NCBI GenBank assembly: GCA_963662655.2 | Contig: CAXXTU010000002.1 | Location: forward strand, 2,528,001-2,592,000 | Direction: 5' to 3' | From: Candidatus Cloacimonadales bacterium | GTDB taxonomy: Bacteria > Cloacimonadota > Cloacimonadia > Cloacimonadales > JAIOQZ01 | Length of the DNA stretch: 64,000 bases | Shown here: one piece after another, positions 57,074 to 64,000 of the stretch | Layout of the letters: each line of letters begins with the position of its first letter | How positions within the stretch are numbered: the stretch's first letter is position 1 | Program-made: the position numbers and the translations under genes | The notes under the pieces: model-generated | What the model was told of the DNA's origin: nothing | What the model saw: the letters and a program-made list of their open reading frames with translations, nothing else | The model's database searches: none

Positions 57074-58260
57074 TAGTCTCGCCTGTTCTCCGGATTGCTC
57101 TGGTCGAGGATATTGAGATCCTCCTTGCGGTAGTCCCCTTCCACCTCTTCGATGATGTGCGTATCGGTGTCATGCCAGTAAAGGTAAACTTCCTCATCCC
57201 AGTCGAGGGCTTTATCGTCGAAATAAACGCGTTTATGCTGATTGAACACCCGGAACCTGAGATCGTCCACACGCACGATGTACTGCGTGTGCGTTCCGAG
57301 GTAAAGGATGTCCTCGATAATCCCCGAAAGAACATTGAAGTCGTCCTGATCCTCCGGTTTTGTCCGGGAAATGGCGATCTTCTCCGGTCTGAGCGACACC
57401 GTTATATTCTGCCCAATCTCGGGGACGCGCTGGAAGGTGCTGTCGAACTCGAACCCCTCTCCCGTTTCGGTTTCATATCGCAGATCGACGTAATTATCCT
57501 CGATGCCCAGAACCTTCGCGGGGATCATGTTGGTATCGCCAATGAAGTAGGCGGAAAAAATCGAATTGGGACGTTCATAGATATCGTCTGGAGGGCCTTC
57601 CTGGATAATCTGCCCTCTATTCATCACCGCGATCCGGTCGGAGATACTCATCGCCTCGTCCTGATTGTGGGTAACGTAGATGAATGTAATACCCACCGCG
57701 TCGTGGATGTTCATGAGTTCGATGAGCATGTGCTGACGCAGCTTGAGGTCCAGCGCGGCAAGCGGTTCATCGAGAAGAAGCACCTCGGGGCGGTTGACCA
57801 GCGCTCTTGCGATGGCGATTCGTTGTTTCTGGCCCCCACTGAGCTGACGGGGATATTTTGCGTGCTGGTCTTCCATCTTGACCAGCTTCAGCATTTCCAT
57901 AACGCGGTCCTCGATTTCGTTCTTCCGGATTTTCTGAATGCGGAGTCCGAACGCGGTATTGTCGAAAACGGTCATGTGTGGGAATAGCGAGTAGTTCTGG
58001 AAGATCGTGTTGACCTTACGCTTGTATGCAGGGACTTCCGTGACGTCCTGTCCCGAAATGAAGATACGTCCCTGGGAAGGCACTTCGAATCCGGCTATCA
58101 TTCGCAGAAGCGTGGTTTTTCCACAGCCGCTGGGGCCGAGAAAGGAGTAAAGCTCTCCCTGCTCGATTTTCATGTTTACGTTGTCAACAGCCATCAATTG
58201 CTCAAACGCCTTGCTGAGATTCTCCAAACGTATCGCTTCCAATACTTTTCTCCTATTCAC
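57073..58260 (-). CDS. potA: Spermidine/putrescine ABC transporter ATPase
   Basis: GPSGCGKT, FQNYSLFPH, LSGGQKQR, LLDEP. The true start may be TTG at 58242 (AGGAG RBS). Confidence 0.88.
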   Translation of the reverse strand: MNRRKVLEAIRLENLSKAFEQLMAVDNVNMKIEQGELYSFLGPSGCGKTTLLRMIAGFEVPSQGRIFISGQDVTEVPAYKRKVNTIFQNYSLFPHMTVFDNTAFGLRIQKIRKNEIEDRVMEMLKLVKMEDQHAKYPRQLSGGQKQRIAIARALVNRPEVLLLDEPLAALDLKLRQHMLIELMNIHDAVGITFIYVTHNQDEAMSISDRIAVMNRGQIIQEGPPDDIYERPNSIFSAYFIGDTNMIPAKVLGIEDNYVDLRYETETGEGFEFDSTFQRVPEIGQNITVSLRPEKIAISRTKPEDQDDFNVLSGIIEDILYLGTHTQYIVRVDDLRFRVFNQHKRVYFDDKALDWDEEVYLYWHDTDTHIIEEVEGDYRKEDLNILDQSNPENRRD

Positions 58261-58353
58261 ATCATTGAAAACACGTGCGCAAAAGAAATGAACCGTCCAT
58301 TTTTACGCAATTCTTTTTTCAAACGATTTACCACGACAGAGGATGCTTAAAAC

Positions 58354-58395
58354 TGCAAAACCCCTCGACGGTTCTGCACGCCGAAGGGTTTTGCA
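58354..58395 (-). terminator. Hairpin, probable terminator
   Basis: TGCAAAACCC/GGGTTTTGCA stem just past the stop at 58417. Confidence 0.5.
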
Positions 58396-58416
58396 TGAAA
58401 ATGGTACTCGGGGTCG

Positions 58417-59580
58417 TTAACGTATGTCTTCACCGCGATCTACGTAATCAATTGTGTTGATGGGTACAATCTGGTTCGTCTGGTCAATCTTGAAGACGTG
58501 CCAGACCGTCCCTTTCTTATTGGCCGGAACCTCAAAAGAGCCCATCAGCTTGTTATCGCCATACACCTGAACGCGTGCTCCGCTCGCTGAGAGTCGCCGG
58601 TTCCGGGAGGAATGACGATTGGAATAATCGTGAACAGCATAGTAGTAATCGCCCTTTGCCGGCTTGTAGATCGTGATGGTCTCCGGGCCATAGCTCGAGG
58701 TATCGTCGCGATCCAGGAAATCCTTCCCTCCGATCAGCATCTTGTGCCGGTACCAGATATGGAAATCTCCGCCGTCGGGATTCGGGCCCGAGAGATGGGC
58801 ATCCAGATCACGGGGACGAGATCCCCACGTCAGAACGATGCGGATGTTTTTGATTTCAGGGGTCATCGCGCATACAACTTCTCTCGGATTCTCGTCGAAA
58901 CCCATGTTGACGTTGAAGCTGCACGGTATGAAGCCATGTTTCTGAAACTGGAGCGTGTAATCTCCCGTTTCAACATCGGCCATGTAGATGCCTGCTTCAA
59001 CTTCCTTCAATTCGATGAGCTGATTGTCTGCGGATGTCGCTGCAACCTTCACATCCGGCAGGGGTTCTCCGGTAACGGCATGAACCGCCTGCGCGAGAAT
59101 GATCCGGTTCTTCGGAAAATATCGCAGCTCGGTATCAACCTCGCCTTCCGACACATCTAGTGTGAAGACCTTGCATACCATGCCGTACGAATCGGGGACT
59201 TCTATCGTCTTCACCGGAAAACCGTCTTTGTAAACCACGACTTTCGGATTGGCCCGTGCGATGAGCTCCATATCGGCGTTGATGTCCTGATCGCCGAACT
59301 TATCGCGTATCCAGAACGTGAAGAATCCATACTCGGACTCGATTACAAATTTCTGGCTGGCGTCCATGTCGCTTTCCTCGCCGATAGACTTGATCTTGCC
59401 ATCGAGCGCTGATTCCTTTGCAACGCCCTGCACAAATCCGTTTTCTTCGCCAATGGTTCCGCTCAAAACTCCGTTGAGGTCGCCTTCAAACTCGTCCCAG
59501 AGGAGCTCAACCTTCCAGGTTGCGCCATACAGCGCGAATACAAGAAGCATAACTGTTAGCAAGGCAATGTATTTCTTCAT
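58417..59580 (-). CDS. Secreted protein with carboxypeptidase-regulatory-like and YfaP/DUF2135-like domains
   Basis: Signal peptide MKKYIALL; IVLTWG..PRDLDAHL...LDRDDTSSYGPETITI. Confidence 0.78.
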   Translation of the reverse strand: MKKYIALLTVMLLVFALYGATWKVELLWDEFEGDLNGVLSGTIGEENGFVQGVAKESALDGKIKSIGEESDMDASQKFVIESEYGFFTFWIRDKFGDQDINADMELIARANPKVVVYKDGFPVKTIEVPDSYGMVCKVFTLDVSEGEVDTELRYFPKNRIILAQAVHAVTGEPLPDVKVAATSADNQLIELKEVEAGIYMADVETGDYTLQFQKHGFIPCSFNVNMGFDENPREVVCAMTPEIKNIRIVLTWGSRPRDLDAHLSGPNPDGGDFHIWYRHKMLIGGKDFLDRDDTSSYGPETITIYKPAKGDYYYAVHDYSNRHSSRNRRLSASGARVQVYGDNKLMGSFEVPANKKGTVWHVFKIDQTNQIVPINTIDYVDRGEDIR

Positions 59581-59634
59581 AAGGCCCCCATTTATAAAAT
59601 AATCATCTGCAATTCGCTTCAATGTCAAGCTTTT

Positions 59635-60405
59635 TTAAGGTTTTACAGCCACATCAATTTCCGCAACAAGCAATCCATCCGTTAACAGAGGTTTCTGTGC
59701 AACCACCTTCCCATCCTTGTCAACTGCCCACGCTCCGCCGCAGTACCGGCTTCCGCCTTGATCTACATCAGACAGCAGGTTAACAGCAAGAACAGGTGAG
59801 TTTAAGCGCTGCCATCGTTCAAGATAGAACGGTAACTCCTCAACATCCCATTGATCCTGCAAGCCTTCATGATCCTTTATTGCCCTGGCAAATGGATAGA
59901 GAAATAGACCCGGCTTTACAGCATTGACCCGTTCGATCAGGCCGTCATCGAAAAGGTCTCCGCATATCAGAATGCCAATACGACCAAACGATGTGTCCAC
60001 AAACACTTCTTCATTTCCGCACCGGTAGACATTTGCAGGAAATACGGGATTATACCAGCCAGAACTTTGCCTGCGATAATGCAGAACATCGTTTCCGCCT
60101 TTATCGACGAGAAGATAGCTATCGTAAATAGACGATTCATCCCGCTCGATAAAGCCGAAGCCGACATAGATATCATGCACCTTCGCCAAGCTGCGAATCG
60201 CGACGATCTCATCATCTTCAATACTGTGCGCTTTCACGTAATCTTGCTCGGGAATCCCATTGATATCGAGTCCGGTGAGGCAAGTCTCCGGAAAGAGAAC
60301 CATATCGCATTCCCTGCCAGCAGCAATCGAAACACATCGCTCGATGCTTCGAAGCGTTGCACCGATTTCCTCTTCAAGCTTGAACACACACAGCGCTGTT
60401 TTCAT
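59635..60405 (-). CDS. Carbon-nitrogen hydrolase (nitrilase superfamily)
   Basis: LFPET, FGFIER, GRIGILICGD; GAGGAG RBS before MKTAL. Confidence 0.85.
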   Translation of the reverse strand: MKTALCVFKLEEEIGATLRSIERCVSIAAGRECDMVLFPETCLTGLDINGIPEQDYVKAHSIEDDEIVAIRSLAKVHDIYVGFGFIERDESSIYDSYLLVDKGGNDVLHYRRQSSGWYNPVFPANVYRCGNEEVFVDTSFGRIGILICGDLFDDGLIERVNAVKPGLFLYPFARAIKDHEGLQDQWDVEELPFYLERWQRLNSPVLAVNLLSDVDQGGSRYCGGAWAVDKDGKVVAQKPLLTDGLLVAEIDVAVKP

Positions 60406-60470
60406 CCTACTCCTCACTCATGATCGAAATGCAGCTAGCTCAACGATAATCAGTCTCGAATTCGCCCTTC

Positions 60471-60589
60471 CGACTCCGCGGCGGCGGCGTGTTTGCTTCG
60501 CAAACGACTCCCTTCCGATGCTGTTTTGGGTTTAACAGCATCGGAAGGGAGTCAGGAAGCCTTAGGCTTCCAACGCCGCCGCCGCGGGA
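60471..60589 (-). repeat. Four-way-junction palindromic element, copy D (inverted relative to A)
   Basis: Read on +: CGACTCC, GCGGCGGCGGCGT, GTTTGC-TTC-GCAAAC, 20-bp stem GACTCCCTTCCGATGCTGTT, GGAAGCC-TTA-GGCTTCC, ACGCCGCCGCCGC, GGGA. Confidence 0.85.
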
Positions 60590-60641
60590 GCGAGCTCGTC
60601 CCACCTCGAACAGCGGGATCACTGGAGCAACAGGCATCTAT

Positions 60642-61562
60642 TTACGAAGCAGGTCTTTGATGTAATCGAGAAATCGATCCGAATTTCTCGTGAATGACCC
60701 CAGGATATCCCTCTGATTCTCGATCTGATCCTGCGCGCATTGAAGTCCCAGCCGATAAAAAGCGTCCGCCTTCATGAAGTCCCAGCCGATAAAAAGCGTC
60801 CGCCTTCATGAAGTCCCAGCCTTCCAGGCTCTCATCGTAGGCGGATATGAGGATGTCGGGCTGCGTATAGTTCAGGGAGCGCAGCGAAAGAAACGCCTGC
60901 ATGTATTCCGTGGAGCGAATGCCCTGATAAAACGACGTCGCCCTTTCCAGGTCTTCGTCGATTGCCACGATGCTTTCAGGATCGTATAGCGCAGTTTGAT
61001 TTTCGATGGGAGGCAGGACGTTGACGGCAATCACCTCGTACTTTTTATCGAATAGGCGTGCAAATTCAACCGGAAGCGGATACTGGATGCCGCCATCGAC
61101 AAACCGGTAATCGCCGTACTCGTAAGGCTTGAAGATGAAGGGTAGCGAACTCGACGCAATCATCGCGTCAGCGAGGTCGCCTTGATCGAAGAGAATCGAT
61201 TTCCTGCTTACGAGATCGAAAGCAACGGTGCGAAAAGGAATATGCAGGTACTGTATCTTGATATCGTGGGTTAGCTCGGAGAGGTAATCATGCAGCTTTG
61301 TGCGCCGTACAAGCCCACCCCGCACAACATCCATTTTCAGATAGGTAAGCATTTCGAGTGGATTGATGTCCTGAGCGAATTGCAAAATCTCGGTCGATTT
61401 GTAACCGCAGGCGTACAGGCCGCCGATGATCGAGCCCATGCTCGTGCCGATGATACCCCTGATGTCGTACGCCTTCTCGACCGCTTCCAGAACTCCGATA
61501 TGGGCAAAGCCCCGCGCCGCGCCGCCACCTAAAACCACTATTGCGGATTTTTTTGTTGCCAT
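60642..61562 (-). CDS. Patatin-like phospholipase (C-terminus frameshifted by a 34-bp duplication)
   Basis: GGGAARG, GTSMG and DGG motifs. Confidence 0.9.
   Translation of the reverse strand: MATKKSAIVVLGGGAARGFAHIGVLEAVEKAYDIRGIIGTSMGSIIGGLYACGYKSTEILQFAQDINPLEMLTYLKMDVVRGGLVRRTKLHDYLSELTHDIKIQYLHIPFRTVAFDLVSRKSILFDQGDLADAMIASSSLPFIFKPYEYGDYRFVDGGIQYPLPVEFARLFDKKYEVIAVNVLPPIENQTALYDPESIVAIDEDLERATSFYQGIRSTEYMQAFLSLRSLNYTQPDILISAYDESLEGWDFMKADAFYRLGLHEGGRFLSAGTSMRAGSDRESEGYPGVIHEKFGSISRLHQRPAS
60741..60821. repeat. 34-bp tandem repeat (~2.4 copies)
   Basis: TGAAGTCCCAGCCGATAAAAAGCGTCCGCCTTCA twice, plus TGAAGTCCCAGCC. Confidence 0.95.
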
Positions 61563-61652
61563 CCGAACCTCAATATTCCATATTACGATTAATTAGATAT
61601 CTTACGGATTTACCGTATAGCGTAACTCAACATGCTTTGTCAAGGCGGAACA

Positions 61653-63188
61653 ATGAAGAAGGTGATTCGGTTACTCATTATTACGCTTCTACTGGCTGTC
61701 GCGATCTGGCTCTCTATCACCCAATATACCATACATGCCCAAAGTATCACAACCAGAATCATTCTATATGTCTATAACACCGTCATCGCTTTGACAATCA
61801 TCACCATCCTATACACGCTGGTGAGAGAAAACCGAGATCCGAGAAGCAGCCTGGCGTGGATTCAAGTGTTGCTTTTTCTGCCCATCATCGGGGTTGTGCT
61901 TTATCTTGTATTTGGCGTGAATTTCCGTAAACGGAGACTTTTTGCCCGTAAAATGAAAGACGATGAGGATGAGATCAATCGATCCATAGCGCCGGTAACC
62001 GGAGAAATCGGGCTTCTCGAATCTCAAAACCATCTCCTCGAACAGAACAAGCTTTCCCGTCTGCTCTACTACCATAGCAATGTTACGATCGCCGTACGGA
62101 ACACCGTATCCGTAATCGATAGCGGCAAGGAAGCCATCGACAGGATGCTGGAGGAGATGGAAAGAGCAAAGCACCATATTCATATCGAGATGTTTTCGAT
62201 TATATGGGATACGACCGGTAAGCGAGTGCTCGATCTGCTCGAGCGGAAAGTGAAAGAAGGCGTCACCGTTCGTGTGATCTTCGATGCGGTCGGTAGCTGG
62301 ACGCTTTGGAGTTGGCGAATTCGCAAATTGAAAAAAGCGGGGATCAAAATCGTTCCGTTCTTCCCGGTTCGTTTCCGCCTTTTCGCGCATCGGGTGAATT
62401 ACCGCAATCATCGCAAGCTTGTGATCGTCGATGGGAAAACAGCCTTTATCGGGGGCGCGAATATCGGGAACAAATACTACGACCTGAACCGATACTTCGG
62501 TCACTGGCGCGACACAGTCATGCGGATTCAAGGGGACACGACCTACACGCTTCAGAAAATGTTCCTGCTCGACTGGTTTTTCGCCAGCAACGAGCGTTTT
62601 GCTTTAGGCGACTACTTTCCGGCGCATGAAATTGATAATCACCTGGAGATGCAAAACGTAGCGTCCGGTCCGGATACTGCGTGGGAGAACATTCTGCAAG
62701 CCTATTTCATGCTGATAACCGGAGCTGAACGTTATTTGTGGATCACAACTCCGTACCTGATCCTCGATGAAAGCCTTCTCACCGCACTCTGCACGGCCTC
62801 GCTAAGCGGTGTCGATGTACGTATCGTCGTTCCCGGAAAGCCCGAGCATTGGGTGCTCTGGTTCGGCAATCGCTCGTACTTCGACGAGCTCATGCGTGCC
62901 GGAATCAAGATTTACCTCTACAATAACGGCTACACGCACGCCAAGGTTATTATTACCGACGACAAGATCGCGTCCGTGGGAACGGCAAATCTCGATCTCC
63001 GGAGTTTGCGCCTGAATTTCGAGGTCAATTCGATCGTCTATGACGAAGCATTCACACGCAAAATAAGGCGTCAGTTCGAGAACGATTTCAAGCATTCCGA
63101 TTTTGTCGATCCGGAAACGTTCCAGCAAAGAAATGTGCTGCACAAAGTGGCGGAATCGGTTTCGAGGTTATTCTCTCCCCTGCTTTGA
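61653..63188 (+). CDS. cls: Cardiolipin synthase
   Basis: N-terminal TM helices; two HKD motifs (NHRKLVIVD and HAKVIITDD). Confidence 0.92.
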   Translation: MKKVIRLLIITLLLAVAIWLSITQYTIHAQSITTRIILYVYNTVIALTIITILYTLVRENRDPRSSLAWIQVLLFLPIIGVVLYLVFGVNFRKRRLFARKMKDDEDEINRSIAPVTGEIGLLESQNHLLEQNKLSRLLYYHSNVTIAVRNTVSVIDSGKEAIDRMLEEMERAKHHIHIEMFSIIWDTTGKRVLDLLERKVKEGVTVRVIFDAVGSWTLWSWRIRKLKKAGIKIVPFFPVRFRLFAHRVNYRNHRKLVIVDGKTAFIGGANIGNKYYDLNRYFGHWRDTVMRIQGDTTYTLQKMFLLDWFFASNERFALGDYFPAHEIDNHLEMQNVASGPDTAWENILQAYFMLITGAERYLWITTPYLILDESLLTALCTASLSGVDVRIVVPGKPEHWVLWFGNRSYFDELMRAGIKIYLYNNGYTHAKVIITDDKIASVGTANLDLRSLRLNFEVNSIVYDEAFTRKIRRQFENDFKHSDFVDPETFQQRNVLHKVAESVSRLFSPLL

Positions 63189-63315
63189 CGTCTTCATATG
63201 GGATTCACCACACCTATGAATTTCTTTCATATTTTTATTGTAAAAAATGTTGGATTCCCGTATACTGGTTGTTTCAATAGAATCAAATAGAGCGAGATCG
63301 TTTTCAGGAGGATTC

Positions 63316-64000
63316 ATGCAGACATATATGACTAAGATCGAAGAAATTATGCAGAAGAACGGACTTGACCGGATCGTAATCGATACGTTCGGGGAATATT
63401 ACAAGCAGGTAATGGATGGAGCAACGGGAAAGCTGACCCGGAACGAGATCGTCGCTCCGGGCGACGGAAATGTAGAACGTTACGAAGCGCTCACCGATCA
63501 GAATCAGGATTACCTAGACCAACTCGTTTTCGTAAAGCTCAATGGTGGTCTCGGTACCAGCATGGGACTGACAAAGGCTAAATCGCTACTTCCCGTAAAG
63601 GATGGCTTGACCTTTCTCGATATCATCGCAAAGCAAGTCATTCACTTGCGCGAATCGACAGGGAAATCGATACCGCTCCTTTTCATGAACAGCTTCAACA
63701 CGAGGCAGGACACACTTGAATACCTTTCGAAGTTCGCAGCTTTACCGCTGAACGGCCTCCCGCTCGACTTCGTTCAGAACAAGTTCCCGAAGCTCGTGAA
63801 GGAAACGCTCGAGCCGCTACAGAGTCATAACGACAGCCAGAACTGGAATCCTCCCGGACATGGCGACATCTACATGGCAATGGCGATCTCGGGAATCCTG
63901 GACATGCTTCTGGAAAAGGGGTATCGCTACATGTTCGTATCCAACTCCGACAACCTCGGGGCCGTCGTCGATGAGAAAATCCTGACATGGTTCGCGGATA
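63316..64000 (+). CDS. UTP--glucose-1-phosphate uridylyltransferase, eukaryote-type family (partial, runs off the end)
   Basis: Not in the ORF track. AGGAGG RBS; manual translation shows KLNGGLGTSMG, KSLLPVK, LLFMNSFNT, WNPPGHGD and SNSDNLGA. Confidence 0.9.
   Translation, partial: MQTYMTKIEEIMQKNGLDRIVIDTFGEYYKQVMDGATGKLTRNEIVAPGDGNVERYEALTDQNQDYLDQLVFVKLNGGLGTSMGLTKAKSLLPVKDGLTFLDIIAKQVIHLRESTGKSIPLLFMNSFNTRQDTLEYLSKFAALPLNGLPLDFVQNKFPKLVKETLEPLQSHNDSQNWNPPGHGDIYMAMAISGILDMLLEKGYRYMFVSNSDNLGAVVDEKILTWFAD

Noticed and set aside
60741..60821. 34-bp repeat as a mini CRISPR array
   Set aside because: The units are directly adjacent with no spacers, lie inside a CDS, and no cas genes are present.

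Overview
Bacterial chromosomal window, most likely from an anaerobic diderm such as Candidatus Cloacimonadota. This assignment is an inference from the acidic secreted multidomain proteins with FlgD-Ig or FN3-like C-termini. Contents in order: (1) secreted proteins, including a ~2509-aa S8 protease, plus an ECF sigma/anti-sigma/Spy operon; (2) a TPR-sigma54 activator with a visible enhancer array and -24/-12 promoter; (3) two sensor kinases; (4) the core cluster L20 leader-infC-rpmI-rplT-pheS-pheT-zapB-zapA-6S RNA-rny-ymdB-folD; (5) signalling and metabolic genes; (6) a tandemly duplicated dlt-like ACP/MBOAT/SGNH array with an unannotated DltX-like peptide; (7) potABC, nitrilase, patatin, cls and a partial UGPase. 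The most striking observation is four dispersed 119-136 bp intergenic elements that all fold into the same tight four-way junction. Their arm sequences differ and they occur in both orientations. Other highlights are a ComEA-like helix-hairpin-helix domain inserted in PheT and the mosaic, cassette-like dlt array. No CRISPR array, tRNA, rRNA or transposase was recognised. All calls were made by eye without database searches.
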